From the human T2T-CHM13v2.0 reference genome, Homo sapiens, in assembly GCF_009914755.1 (NCBI RefSeq), contig NC_060934.1: a stretch of 64,000 nucleotides of DNA; one strand, 5' to 3'. Numbering within the stretch: the first letter of the stretch is position 1; every line of letters starts with the position of its first letter. This document shows positions 1 through 13,941 of this stretch, one piece after another. The notes beneath the pieces were generated by a model. It was not told the DNA's origin. It did no database searches and was given only the letters and a program-made list of their open reading frames with translations. Both the position numbers and the translations under genes were made by a program.

Positions 1-220
1 CGGGTGTCCAAGCAGCTGTGAACTTTATGGTGTGACCAGGTGGGTCTGCTGCAGCCCTGCTGGGACCTCAGGGGTAAGTTATTACAAGATAGGTGTGGCG
101 TGAAGCTGTAGCTTCCTTCACCAGTATTGAATGCAGCATTGCATCCAAGGCATTCATTTAGCCATTCTTTAATTCAACTTAAAATACCTGTCAAGTGACA
201 ACTATAGACCATCTACTAGA

Positions 221-380
221 TCACTGTTACCAAAAGTGTGACCTATGGAGCATCCGTTGACCTGGGAGCTTGTTAGAAATGCAGAATTTCAGGTCCCACC
301 CCAGTCCTCTGAATAAGAACCTGGATATTAACAAGATCTGTAAGTGATTCTCATGTCCATTAATATTTGACAAGCACTTG
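221..380. mobile_element. MER5A-like hAT-Charlie DNA transposon remnant
   Basis: cctgggagcttgttagaaatgcagaatttcaggtcccaccccag...gtgattctcatg matches the MER5A core. Confidence 0.8.
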
Positions 381-394
381 GCCAGATGACAAGT

Positions 395-837
395 GTTAAG
401 AGCCAGGATCCTGTCAGGAGACAGATGATACATTTATTGAAGAGACTATTAATGAAAGTTAAGTTAGACTTACAGGAGGACACCAATAAGGAATGGTGAA
501 GTGCCCTGGAACTAGTACCAGCAGGAAGTTGTTTCCATACCAGCAAGAGCTGTAGCTGTAGGAGAGGGCTATGCAGTAGAACCAATGGTCTTGGGTAGAA
601 GAAAGCATTACCAAACTGTGCCTTGGCAAAGAGTGAGCTACAGGAGTAAATAGTCCAACCTTTCTCTCATTCTCCAGCCAGTGCCTCCCAACCCAATGCA
701 AAGCTGGAAAGCAAGAAAGTCCAGTTGATGCAGTTGGTAAAGGTCAGGTGCCCAGGGCAGAGGGCACAGTGGGGAAAGGTAGAAAGTGTCTCTGGGTCGG
801 GCCAGGGTAGGGGTGCCAACAGAAAATATCCATCACA
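395..837 (-). mobile_element. LTR33-like ERVL LTR
   Basis: Ends in acagaaaatatccatcaca, the reverse complement of the LTR33 5' end; ccagtgcctccca and gttgatgcag motifs upstream. Left boundary approximate. Confidence 0.65.
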
Positions 838-1184
838 CCACCAAACATGGCCTTTAACGTCAATGAATTTGTTCTACAGAAGAACTTATATATGTATGGT
901 TTAGAGGTGAAGATAACCTCTTTTGTTCCAACTTATACAAAAACTAGATTTTTCAAAGTGGCCTTGAATTTGATATTCTAGGATTCTCCCAGATCACTCT
1001 TTCACAAACTGAGCATATTTCTAAGCAAGTATTATGTCAAAGGTACACAAGTAGGCACTAAGAGAGAGATGGAAGTATTAAAGATGGTCTCTGCCTTCAA
1101 GAAATTTGCAATTTTAGGTAATCAGTGCTTCCTGTATAAAACTTTGCAGACAGGCTCACATATCAGCCAGAATCCAGTAAAGCA

Positions 1185-1435
1185 GTATTCTGAGTTGAGA
1201 CTCTGGAACTAGGCTGCAGGGTTTGAAACTCAGTCCTTACTTATACTAGCTGTGGATGTGCTGCCTAACTTCTCAGTATCTTTGTTTCCTCCTCTGTGAA
1301 GCTATGATGATAAAAATAATTACCTGCTTCAAAGGGTTGCTATGATGATTGTGAAGATTAAACGAATTAGTACACAAAAAGTATTTTTAGTGGTCATCAG
1401 CTAGCACACTGACAACCCTATACGTGTTAATTATT
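1185..1435 (+). mobile_element. MIR SINE
   Basis: agactctgga...ctagctgtg...gtttcctctctgtgaa...gattaaacga core. Confidence 0.75.
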
Positions 1436-1790
1436 GAAAACTAAGAGAGAACTATGCCCCTAGGGGCAGAGGGTCTAAAAAGCAGAGTATCAGACTAATG
1501 ATATAAAGTTCCCTCTCTAAATTTATTAAAACATGTCAATTAAAGGAGAAAAACAAGGAGCAAATAATCACAGAGTTGGCACAAGAATAAGGAGGCATTG
1601 AAACACATAAGTTTGAGAAGCCCCGACCCCTGGTTACTTCCAGCCCCTAGACTCCATGCAATCCCTGTTTGAATGTCCTTAGAAGATTAAGAGTCTTTCA
1701 AAGGGGACAGGTTCTTAAAGAGCTTTCTGGTTCAGAGGAAAATGAAATGTAAATATAAAAATAGGAATGCTTTTAAGAAATGGAAGTTGG

Positions 1791-2423
<633 letters not shown>

Positions 2424-4164
2424 GAAATGGAAATTGGTTGTGTATTCAAAACTAAAGGAGTTCTAAATATCTATGGGGGAACAGCTACTCTGAGTATCAA
2501 ATGTGCTATGCACCCATGCCAATAGAAGTCATGTGCATATATCTGAGGGCAGAAGTCAGCTCTTGAGGCTTCGTTTAGTTACCTCTTTGTCAGGATTTCC
2601 AAATTTTCAGGCTTCTTTTGTTAGATCCAGCACCGGTTTTCTTTGCTTTTTGATGAACTTTTGACCTATATTGCATTTCCAACCTCCAGTCTTTTAGTGG
2701 AAGGCCATTAGTGACTGGTTAAACACAGTGTACACACACACACACGTGCACGTTCATATATTACATTTCCAGACCAATTGAATTACAGAAGGAACCAATT
2801 TGAAAAGTTATTGAATTAAAACCCTAGAAGACAGAGATGGATTTTATTGTTAGTGGTTGGCATGACAACTTGATATGCTAGAGAGTAGTATGTGCTGAGT
2901 TCACATCGTTGGAGACTCTGACAAGTTCAAGGCCAAGGCTTTGCTTCTAAATCTTGTTGCCAAGGTAATGCAGCATAAGGCCAGAGTCCACTGAAATGAA
3001 TACCTCTGACAGCTCATGCCAGCAGGAGCTATCTGATTAAAAGGGATCTTTTTTTTTTTTTTAAAGAAGAAGAAGAAGAAAAGAAAAAGAAAGAAACAGT
3101 ACTTTAACAAGAGCAGGAGGAGAATGCAAAGGTGGGATATTGAAATATGGGCAACAGAAAGTCTGAAAGGGAAGCAGCCAGTGGATGCCAAGAAGAAACT
3201 AAATAATGGGGTCTGTTTTATTAGCAAAAAGTTGGTGATGTGTGAAGGTCTGCAGGCAGGGATTCCAGCCTGCTGGGCCATCTTGCATGCAAAATGATAC
3301 TGCCCCAATTTGGTTCCCTGGCTCAAGTTCAGCAGAATGATTTCACTTGATTGGTGGCCACCCTCCTCCCAATGGCAGACTTTAACAGATTTTCTTCTCT
3401 GATAATACATTCAGGAAAATGGTTTCTGAGGGACTTCATAGGTTACAGATATTTCCCAAGATGAGAAGGGAATCCACAAAAATCTCAACTCAAGAGTAGA
3501 GGCCACCAAAATGCCACTGCCTTCAGCCACTAGAATGGCCTTTTTGATATTCGTGTGATTCATGCCCCGGTGATTTATGAGTCAGTAATTTATAAGATAA
3601 TATTCTTAGATTCGTGATCTTATGAGATCCTCATTTTCCTAGATTTATGTACTAATTTATCTTGGATTTGATCATGATGAAGCTGTGGTCCTTAAGCTCC
3701 AAGAATGGGGAAGAACAAGTCTTTAAGCACATGATCTTATTTCCCATAGGGATTTGACCCAAGCACTGTATGAGCCATCTCTCCTTTACACTTCCAGGGA
3801 TTTAATGGAGATAATCAGTAAATGGGGATACGTGGCTAAGAAGGTAAAAGGTGGAATCTGAAAGGAATTCAGAATCCCAGGTCAGCAGTTCTAAAGTTCC
3901 TACATATTCAGATCAGAGTACTATTTCATAAGCAAATGAGGGAGTAAAAATTTACTTTGCTTATCCTACCCTATACAAATAGCTTATACTGTATAAGCCA
4001 TAGTGGAAAGTACTAATATAGTAGCCCCTGGAATTACTGACAAAAATCCAACTCCTGCCTCACCAAATGATTTGCTGAATGACATTGGGGCAAAGTATTT
4101 AACATGTTTTGTCTCTGTTTCTTACATTTTAAAACAAGGTAGATTATCCCAGCTTTCACCTGTA

Positions 4165-4320
4165 ATGGTTGTTCTCTACCTGGAATGTACAGCCAAATCA
4201 TGGAGAGAGCTTTTTAGAAAATCAGATTCCCTAGGCCCCACCCCAATCTCTACTGAGTCAAAATTTGTCCTTTCCAAAAGCTCTACACATGATTCTGATT
4301 TGCATCTTTAAGAAGCACCA
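4165..4320. mobile_element. MER5-family DNA transposon remnant
   Basis: aaatcagattccctaggccccacccc...tactgagtca...tgattctgat. Confidence 0.65.
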
Positions 4321-4629
4321 AATATTATGGATAACTTATAAAGATGAGCAAGCTGATATATGTGAGTTGTCATAAGCTCCTTAATCAAAGAAAAGGGGTA
4401 CTGCTAAGTTCAGCTTACATATTTGTTCAGCTTATATTTTTAATATAAAAAATTTCCTAAATTCCAAAGAAATTTGGAATGTAGGAAACTTGGCATACAT
4501 AAAGTGGCTACATTTCCGTCTACCATTTGAAGTATTTAGAGTTGTCCAAGCTTTAAATGAAAAGCTCTTTGAAGTATCTTTCTTTGTTCATGGTTTGCAA
4601 TATTCCCTTCAATCTTTATTGATCTGGAC

Positions 4630-4830
4630 AGAATAATAATGATGTTTATCTAATGCTTACTGGCACTCACTCTGAGTGCTTTTTAAGTGTTAGCTCATTT
4701 GATCCTACTTCCTCTTACACACATGCTGTGAAGAGATTAAGTAACCTGTCTAAAGCCTCATGGGTAATAAGAGGTGTAGGTGGGCTTTGAACCCAGGAAC
4801 CCCACTCTAGAGCCCCACTGTTAATCACTG
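4630..4830 (-). mobile_element. MIR SINE
   Basis: tagctcatttgatcct...gattaagtaacctgtctaaag...tttgaacccagg. Confidence 0.7.
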
Positions 4831-4944
4831 TGTTACTCAACGACGTGATGGGTCAGATGTTTCCAATGAATTAATTTTTCAACTATTTCAAGTGAAAACA
4901 AAAGTCTAGATGGTATATGAATTTTTCCAGGCCTCAGATCATCA

Positions 4945-5136
4945 TATTTTAAAGTGTGAGCCTTAGACCTCCTGCATCAGAATCACCAGAGGTGCTTTTC
5001 TAAAATGCAATTTCCAGGAACTGCTCCCAGGCTTATTACACTAGAATCTCAGAGTGCAAGTGAAGACTGGGAACTGACATTTAGAAAATACACTCCTTAG
5101 GTGATTCCTGAACCCAGTGAAGTTTAAGAACCACTG
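4945..5136. mobile_element. MER5A/B DNA transposon remnant
   Basis: ctgcatcagaatcacc...aaaatgca...aggtgattc...aagtttaagaaccactgg terminal motif. Confidence 0.75.
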
Positions 5137-5699
5137 GCCTGTATCAACATTTGTAGGTCACCATCATAGGGAATGAGGGTAGGTAGAACATCTTGGGAGC
5201 TGCGGGAACCAAAGTTGTTTTCCAGAATCAGATATTGGGCACTGCCTGGGGCAGAACATTCAGTCAAGTGGCTAATAAATCTGTACAAAGCACAGCTTCT
5301 GCCCAGGAACCGTGGTTGTTGTCCTTCACTGAGGAGAGCCAGCAAACTGACAGTATGAATTTGCCTTCAGGGCCCAGATCTCATTTCTCCTCAAGGGGCT
5401 TGTGCTTGTTGGTGGCAGCTAGCACTGGCCCGGAACTTTGATGTTTTCCTTTTCAGTATCCAAATGCTACAGAGACTGTGTCACTGCATACGCCGTCTCT
5501 GGTATAATGGCAGAGGCGGGGAGCAGACTGTTTGGAATGCAGTCTGGCCCCATTGGGACTTTGAACTGGGCTGGAACTTGCAGAGTCTAAGAGTTTAATC
5601 GTGGCATCTTTTTCAGATAGGCAAAGAAAAGGAAACCAACCCAGAGGGGTTGGTGTTCAGTACTCTGGAAGAAATCCATGATAATTTTTTAAGGAATTG

Positions 5700-6140
5700 A
5701 AAGTTTTTATGAGGCTTACTGAGGTATCATTCATATACAGTTAATTTTACCCTTTTCCAGTGCACAATTCAATGAGTTTTGGAAAGCAGCTATACTCATT
5801 GTCATACCACCATTGCCAGTTCGATAAGTTTTGACTAATGTATGTAGTCAAGTCACCAACATCAAGTAAGATAAAGAACATTTCCATCTCCCCGAAAAGT
5901 TCCCTAATACCCATTTGCAACCAATCCCACCATATTTCCCCAGCCCTGTGGCTGCTGCTGATCTGGTATCTGTCTGATTCCAGAATGTCACATAAGTAGA
6001 ACCTTATAATTCACAGCCTCTTGTTGCTGCGTGTCAGTAGTTCTTTCCTTTTTATTACTAAGTAGTATTCTATTGTATGGATGTGCCACAATTTGTTTAT
6101 TGATTCCCCAGCCGGGCATTTGGGTTATTTTCACTTTTTG
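5700..6140 (-). mobile_element. Old L1M (L1ME-like) 3' fragment
   Basis: aacatttccatc, agtagtattctattgtatggatgtgccacaatttgtttat and gggcatttgggtt are antisense L1M 3' motifs. Confidence 0.7.
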
Positions 6141-6899
6141 GCAGGAATTGACATTTAAATGAGCTCAAATTCAGCAAGCATTTATCGAGCATGCACAGAA
6201 ACAGACTGGAAAATGAGATAGTTCATGTTTACAGTTTCTAATAAAAATTATAATCACACTGGAGATTCAAACTAACACCTAAAGAAGAAAGAAGTCTATT
6301 TGTGACCCTAGAAACAAACATGGAGGAAAAGGACTCCATTCAATAGCATTGGTCTAATGATTAGGAGAGAATCTCATGCCCTTGGAAAGCCCTAAAATGA
6401 CACTACCATGCTGAGACACATGAGGGCGCTGTAACCAACCAGCATTGCCAAACACTTCATTCTTACAAAAGTTGTTTGTTTTTTTAATTTATTGGAATGC
6501 TTTGTTGAAAACTCTAGTGAATTCTCACTCCTACCCTTGGTCTCCTTGGCCACTCTTGAATGATAGAAAAAAACATAGGCATCGAGTGGATCTGTCTTTG
6601 ACTAGTCATCAGGGGATTACTGTACCCGACCACAGCTGTACGGTGAGGCTCCCGTCGGCTTTCCTACTTAAACTCACAAGGAAAGGCTCCCAAAGGAACT
6701 CTAGATTAGAATACCTCATGATCACAAAGAAAATTGGGATTGACCCTAAAGTTTCATTTTTATTGTTGTTGTTTTCAGGCCTTCCCTGAACATAACACAC
6801 AAATATTCAAACATAATTGCTGGACAACATTTTAGAAAGACTTGTAAGGTACTTCTTTCACATCTCAGCAATTTGGCTAGTTGAAAGTTGTTCGTTCTT

Positions 6900-7124
6900 C
6901 AATGAGAACACATGGACACAGGGAGGGGAACAACACACATTGGGGCCTGTAGAGGGAGAGCATCAGGATAAATAGCTAACACATGCAGGGCTTAATGCCT
7001 AGGTGATGGGTTGATAGGTGCAGCAAACCACCATGGCACACGTTTACCTATGTAACAAACCTGCACGTACTGTACATGTATCCTGGAACTTAAAATAAAA
7101 TATAATAAATTTTTTTTAAAAAAA
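6900..7124 (+). mobile_element. 5'-truncated L1PA 3' end with TSD
   Basis: aatgagaacacatggacacagggagggg...gcaaaccaccatggcacacgtttacctatgtaacaaacctgcac; TSD gaaagt(t/g)gttcgttctt at 6883-6899 and 7125-7141. Confidence 0.92.
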
Positions 7125-7904
7125 GAAAGTGGTTCGTTCTTGTCAAAGCAACCACTACAATCAGTTCAGAGGAAAGCTATCTTTACAGCAAAGCAGCCAG
7201 GAGAACTTAGGGTTACTGGGTTTGGCTTCTGAATGGCTGTTCAAAACAAAAACTGAAAAGAAAAAAAAAACCCTCTGGATACATTTAAAATTTTTTGAAA
7301 ATCAATGACTCATTTGTTACAGAGTAAGCAAGTACAAAATAAAAGACACTTCATAAAAATTGCATTAGAATGTTCTGGTGGGATTCTAAATGAATTTAGC
7401 TGTGGGATGGTATATGATTTTTGTGCAAGATCCAGCAAGGCTTAGGGATTCCTCTCTTAGAGAAAGGGTTTGATTCCGTTATTTGAAAGGATGTCTCTCC
7501 AAGCCCTTTCTATAATTAATAAAATGCTCACTTGAAGAAAGATTTACTCAGTCAAACCTATCCAACCTAAAATATGACTAATTGTTTCGAGCAGAAAATT
7601 ATCTCTGGCTGTCATATCCAAATTATATAACAACATGGCCTTAAAATTGGGTGGAAAATAGTGAAGAGCTGATTCTAAAGGCAGAATGTGGCTCTGGTCT
7701 GGATTTTTTAAGCAGTTTCACCCAATCTCTCACCCAGAGGGACCAACCTGATGTTTTCTTTCTTCCTATTTGAGTAAAACTCTGAACCACTCGATCAAAC
7801 CTGGGCCCTTCACACAATCCCACTGTGGCCCTTTCAATTATCCCCTTCAAAAGGCATTTTCCCATTCTCTCCTGATCTTACTCCTTGCGTCCAAAGCTCA
7901 CTGG

Positions 7905-8165
7905 CTCTGTGAGTGTGCTGGTAAAAGCATGGACCAATGAGTTGTTGCTGGCTACGTGATCTTGACCTGGCTACGTTACTTAACCTCTCTAAGCCTCAGT
8001 TACCTCCACTGTAAAATAGAGATTATAATAATATCTACTTCAGGTCCCCGTAATAGTATCTATCTGAAGTTGTTGAGAAGAATAAATAAGATCATGCATA
8101 TAAAGTAATATAATCCAGCATCTGACACACAGTAAGCCTTCAATAGAGATTGACATTATTATCAT
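7905..8165 (+). mobile_element. MIR SINE, followed by a short (ATT)n
   Basis: gttacttaacctctctaagcctcagtt...ctgtaaaatagagat core. Confidence 0.75.
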
Positions 8166-9196
8166 CATCCACAACATTATTATTATTATTATTAATTTCC
8201 AGTATGGTCCCTCTCTCTATGATCTGATCTCCCCATCCTGGTAATCCATCCTCAGAGCTCCCTGGAAAGAACCCTCCTAGTCAAAAAAGCCCTTAACCAC
8301 TCCTATCTCTGCATCTCCCCTGAGGGTTGTCCTCCCCTCCCACCAGGGTTCACAAACAAAATGTAGTCAATGCTAAAAATCTTGTCCCATCACATATTAA
8401 GTTGTGCTAAGACTACCAGGAATGGCCATCACTTTAGGTAACCATCAATTCGTGTGGCTTTACCTTAAAGGTGGCACACACTTCATCCTATTATAAATCT
8501 CTGCACTATTCATGTTTCTCTCCCATAGGGGAGAAACATCACTTCAGTAGCATATTCTGCCCATCAACAATCTTCTTCTTATAAATGAGATTCAGAAAGA
8601 GCACAATGTGAGTGGACAGGTGTTCTGTTTAAGGAGGGGAAATGCTATTTTACATCATTTCAATTATGTGCCCAGCAAGCCACAGAGTCAAGGCACAAGT
8701 TGACAATTATAGCTCCAAGTTTTGCAAGAGAAATGGAACAGAGGAAAAGGAAATCCAAAGAGACTATCATCCCAGTTTTTCGAAACTGTCTCTGGTGATA
8801 ATGTCCTGCGAAAGATGAATGAGGAGAAACAAAGTGCCTCAAAGTAGATTTGTTAATATTTCCTTTGAATAATGGGGGAGAGGTGTCCTACAGACAATTC
8901 AGAATAACTTAGAGACAAGTTGTATTTTAAATCAGTTTTCTTGATTAGCTTCTGTGGTGTTTAGGAGTGTGGATTCTGGATCTGTCTGGTTAGTTTGATA
9001 TTCTGCCTCTTCCCTTTAGCCTCCTTAAGCCTCAGTTTCTCCATATGTAAAATGGGGATGACAGCATTCTCTGCATTGTCTACTCCAGTGTTGTCATTAG
9101 AATTAAATAAGATAGTCCATTTATACCACAAGCACAGCACCTGGAAAGGGAAAGGGGATGGGAGATGAAGCAGAAGAAAATAATATAGTAAAATTA

Positions 9197-9483
9197 GGCC
9201 AGTTCCGGTGTAAAATTAGGCCAGGTCAGCACTTTGGGAGGCCAAGGTGGGTGGATCACAAGGTCAGGAGTTGGAGACTAGCCTGGCCAACAGGGTGAAA
9301 CCCCATCTCTACTAAAAATACAAAAATTAGCTGGGCATGGTGGCGCACACACGTAATCCCATCTACTCAGGAAGCTGAGGCAGGAGAATTGCTTGAACCC
9401 AGGAGGTTGCAGTGAGCTGAGATTTTGCCATTGCACTCCAGCCTGGACGACATAGTGAGACTCTGTTCCCCCCGCAAAAGAAA
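9197..9483 (+). mobile_element. AluS with rearranged 5' end
   Basis: Alu dimer; 23-nt flanking duplication aagaaaataatatagtaaaatta at 9174-9196 and 9484-9506. Confidence 0.92.
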
Positions 9484-10424
9484 AAGAAAATAATATAGTA
9501 AAATTAAACAGAGAGAGGCCTTATCCAGACTAATGATGAAAGGGTGCATGAACCCACAAGTATGATTTACTCAACCCCATGCTCCTGAGGTCAAAGAAAA
9601 GCAATAAGGAGAAGGAGCTTTAACACATGGACTTTGCCATTGTGTTTGTCCGTTAGCACATCTTGGCTTATTTCCTCCTTCTCCACTATGTCTGATGTGG
9701 TGAGTTTGCTCAGTAGCCAAGTTCTAGAGAAAATGAGTAATAAACAAAAAGGAGCCAAAACAATTATATACCCATAGAAGTAAACCCACATACTAATGAG
9801 ACTTTAGAGGCTCTTCAGATCAATCGTCTGAGACTGCAGAGGTTGAGTGGCCTGTCAAAGTCATGTGGCTAAGGAGTAGCCAAGTCAGGACCAGGCTCTA
9901 AAGGTGTCCTAGGGTCCCCCTCAGTACATCAGGCAGCAGGAGGAATGGAGATAATAATAATAATGTTACCTTATATCATATTTTACGTCCAATGCAACAC
10001 GAAAGAGAAACTTCTATACAAGTATCTTTTAAAGTTCAACTCACAATAGGCTTTACACTTTAAATGGGTCACTCTTCATCACCATGGTGATTCTTCCAAG
10101 TTTTCCTGGAATTATCAGCTGTTTTCTAATAAGGACACTCCCCAGAACTTGCAACTGCACCAAGCAGATAAATATTTCCCAGTAGAAAATACTTAGCTCC
10201 TCGCTCAGCTTAGTCAGCAATTGCTTTTTCTTCTCCACTTCCCAGGAAAACAGCCTGAAGCATGCTCCTACATTTGCTTTAGATATCACAGAGTTCTTTA
10301 AAAGTCTCTTGATTCTACTGAGGACAAGCTTGCTTCCTTGGGTTTTATGTGATTTATATATTGAGAAACAGCCACCTTCTTGCTTTCTATCTTTCTAACT
10401 GAGCAATGAGTAGATCACAATTTA

Positions 10425-11023
10425 AAAACATATGGCAGCTCTTCAAAAAATTAAAAAAGAATTACCATATGATTCAGCAATCCCGTTTTTGGGTATTTAT
10501 CCAAAAGAATTGAAAGCAGGATCTTGAAGATATATTTGTACAGCCATGTTCGTAGCAGCATTATTCACAACCGCCAAAAGGTAGAAGCAACCCAAATGTC
10601 CTTTGACAGATGAAAGGATAAACAAAATGTGCATATTATTCAGCCTGAAAAAGAAAGGGAATTCTGACACATGTTATAACATGGATGAACCTTGAGGACA
10701 TTAAGCTAAGTAAAATAAGCCATTCACAAAAAGAGAGAAATATTGTATTATTACACTTATATGAGATAGCTAGACAAGCCAAATTCACAGAAATAGAAAG
10801 TGCAATGGTTGTTGCCAGGGGCTGGAGGGAGAGGGAAATGGCAAGTTGGTGTTTAAGGAGAATAGAATTTTAGGTTTGCAAGATAATAAAGCTCTGGAGA
10901 TTGGTTGCACAACAATGTGAATATCCTTAGTAATACTGAACTATACACTTAAAAATGGTTAAGACGATCAATTTTATGTTGTCTATTTTATCACAGTTAA
11001 ACATTTTTAAATTTTTTTTAAAT
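10425..11023 (+). mobile_element. L1MB-like 3' end
   Basis: gaattaccatatgattcagcaatccc...aagcaacccaaatgtcc...atggatgaaccttgaggacatt...acttaaaaatggttaag. Confidence 0.88.
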
Positions 11024-11117
11024 AAGAGGGAGAGAGAAAGAGAGATGGGGAGGCAGGATAGAATGCATCCTGTACAGTTTGTATTAAATAGTCTCATTGT
11101 TTTAAACAATTCTGTTC

Positions 11118-11466
11118 TATTTTATTTTATTTTATTTTATTTTATTTTATTTTATTTTATTTTATTTTATTTTATTTTATTTTATTTCAATTCAGGGTCT
11201 TACTCTGTTACCCAGGCTAGAGTGCGATGGCGCAATCTCGGCTCACTGCAGCCTCAATCTTTCAGGCTCAGGCAATCCTCCCGCCTTAGCCTGCTGAGTA
11301 GCTGGGACTACGGGCGCGTGCCACCACGCCTGGCTAATTTTTGTATTTTTAGTAGAGACGGTTTTGCCACATTGCCCAGGCTAGTCTGGAACTCCTGGGC
11401 TCAAGCAATCTGCCTGCCTTGGCCTCCCAAATTGCTGGTTACAGGTGTGAGCCACCACGCCCAGCC
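11118..11466 (-). mobile_element. AluJ with a (TTTTA)n microsatellite tail
   Basis: About 14 TTTTA units at 11118-11187, then antisense Alu with J diagnostics (ctcctgggctcaagc). Confidence 0.92.
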
Positions 11467-11869
11467 TAAATAGTTATTTTAAATAGTCTCATTAGTCTTA
11501 TCATGCTTCTCAGTCATAGTTGTGAAGGTTCAGCGTTGAAGTCTCAGGGCACTAAATCTGCCAAAAGCACCAGCTTAAGGCAGTGTAAATAGACAGTGAA
11601 CAACACCATGACCAATTATTTACCTGAATGTTCCCCCGAATTTGTCAAGTTTCCTCTTGGCTCATATTGATCTCCAGTTGGCTAGAGATATCTACCCTTC
11701 CAGTTTTGTCAATATCCCTAGAGTTCCTTTGCATAAGTTATGATTTTGACTAACACTTAGAAACTGTTGATTTCGCAGGGAAAAAAATGGTTATCTTTTA
11801 AATGGACAAACCAAAATTCTTGAAGTTCAAATCCTTGCTTGTGACATAAGTTCCTTTTTGTACCTACCT

Positions 11870-12269
11870 TTATGAGTAAAACTGTGTTCCTCTCCTAAAA
11901 AAATTTACATATTGAAGCCCTAACCCCCATAACTCAGAATGTGACCTTATTTGAAAACAGGGTAATTGCAGATTTAAGTTAAGATGAAGTCATAGTGGAG
12001 TAGGGTGAGCCTCCAATTCAAGATGACTGATGTCCTTACAAAAAGGGGAAATTTGGACACAGTCACATACACAGAGAGAACGCCATGAAAGCAGAGATCT
12101 ACAAGCCAAGGCATGCCAAAGATGGGCAGCAATCCTGCAGAAGCTAGGGGAGAAGCATAGAGCAGATTCTTCCCTACAGCCCCGAGAAGAAACCAACCCT
12201 GCCCACACCTTGATCTCAGATGTCCAGCCTTCAGAACTGTGAGACAATACACTTCTATTGTTTAAGCCA
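11870..12269 (+). mobile_element. MLT1 (MLT1B/C-like) MaLR LTR
   Basis: cagaatgtgaccttatttg...gttaagatga...aaccaaccctgcccacaccttgatctcaga...cagaactgtgagacaata. Confidence 0.88.
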
Positions 12270-12443
12270 AAAATAAATAAAAATCATTGCCTTGATATGA
12301 GCTTCATTACCACCACCATTTCCCTTTCTCGATTCCTTTGCCTCTTAGCGCCTTCTGCTTTTTTTCAACTTAGAAGTAGCCAGCTCTCTTCCCTCCAAAG
12401 TTTCCCTGCCCCTCTAGGCTCCCACCCCATGCACCATGGTGGG

Positions 12444-12754
12444 TTTTTGTTTGTTTGTTTGTTTGTTTGTTTGAGACAGAATCTCGCTCTGTTGCTCAGG
12501 CTGGAGTGCAGTGGCGCCACCTTGGCTCACTGCTACCTCCACCTGACGGTGTCAAGTGATTCTCCTGCCTCAGCCTCCTGAGTAGCTGGGATTACAGGCA
12601 TGCACCACCATGCCTGGCTAATTTTTGTATTTTTAGCAGAGATGGGGTTTCACCATGTTGGCTAGGCTGGACTCGAACTCTTGATCTCAAGTGATCTGCC
12701 TGCCTCAGCCTCCCAAAATGCTGGAATTACAGGCATGAGCCACCGTGCCTGGCC
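12444..12754 (-). mobile_element. AluS with (TTTG)n tail
   Basis: Antisense dimer; flanking ccatggtg duplication. Confidence 0.93.
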
Positions 12755-12789
12755 CCATGGTGTGTTACAATATGTGCAGCTTTATTTTC

Positions 12790-13941
12790 TTTCTTTCTGT
12801 TTTAAATTTTTTTATTTCCATAGGTTTTTGGGAACAGGTGATATTTGGTTACACGAGTAAGTTCTTTAGTGGTGATTTGTGAGATTTTGGTCCGCCCGTC
12901 ACCCAAGCAGTATACACCGAACCCGATTCATAGTCTTTTATCCCTCACCCCCTTCCCACCCTTTCCTCCAGAGTCCCCAAAGTCTACTGTGTCATTCTTA
13001 TGCTTTTGCAGCCTCATAGTTTAGCTTCCACTTATGAGTGAGAACATACGATGTTCGGTTTTTCATTCCTGAGTTACTTCACTTAGAATAATAGTCTCCA
13101 ATCCCATCCAGGTTGCTTTGAATGCCATTAATTCATTCCTTTTTATGGCTGAGTAGTATTCCATCATAAATATATGATATATATATATATATCTCACAGT
13201 TTATATATCTTTGATATATATACCAGAGTTTCTTTATCCACTCATTGATTGATGGGCATTTGAATTGGTTCCATGATTTTGCAGTTGTGAATTGTGCTGC
13301 TATAAACATGCATGTGCAAGTATCTTTTTCGTATAATGACTTCTTTTCCTCTGGTTAGATATCTAGTAGTGGGATTGCCGGATCAAATGGTAGTTCTACT
13401 TTTAGTTTTTTAAGGAATCTCCACTGTTTTTCATAGTGGTTGTACCAGTTTACATTCCCACCAGCAGTGTAGAAGTGTAGATTCTTTTATTATGGCCATT
13501 CTTGCAGGAGTAAGGTAGTATCACATTGTGGTTTTGATTTGCATTTCCCTGATCATGAGTGATGTTGAGCATTTTTTCATATGTTTGTTTGGCCATTTGT
13601 ATATCTTCTTTTGTGAATTGTCTATTCATGTCCTTAGCCCACATTTTGATAGGATTGGTTTTTTTTTTCTCCTGTTAATTTGTTTGAGTTCGCCGTAGAT
13701 TCCAGATATTAGTTCTTTGTCAGATGTATAGATTGAGAAGATTTTCTCCCACTCTGTGGGTTGTCTGTTTACTTTGCTGACTGTTCCTTTTGCCGTGCAA
13801 AGCTCTTTAAATTAAGTCCCAGCTATTTATCTTTGTTTTTATTGCATTTGCTTTTGAGCTCTTGGTCATGAAATCCTTGCCTAAGCCAATATCTAGAAAG
13901 TTTTTTCTGATGTTATCTTCTAGAGTTTGTATAGTTTCAGG
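12790..13941 (-). mobile_element. L1PB1 3' segment (ORF2 C-terminus plus 3'UTR), non-inverted part
   Basis: ttccataggtttttgggaacaggtg...gttctttagtggtgatttgtgagattttgg matches the L1PB1 3' end; track ORF 13450-13644 [17 protein letters not shown] is ORF2p-like. Confidence 0.9.

Noticed and set aside
2901-3410. 169-aa minus-strand ORF
   Set aside because: Runs through a T-run and an AAG-rich microsatellite (poly-F/K); no homology recognised and no supporting exon structure
10955-11473. 172-aa ORF with FYFIL repeats
   Set aside because: L1 tail, (TTTTA)n and antisense AluJ read in one frame
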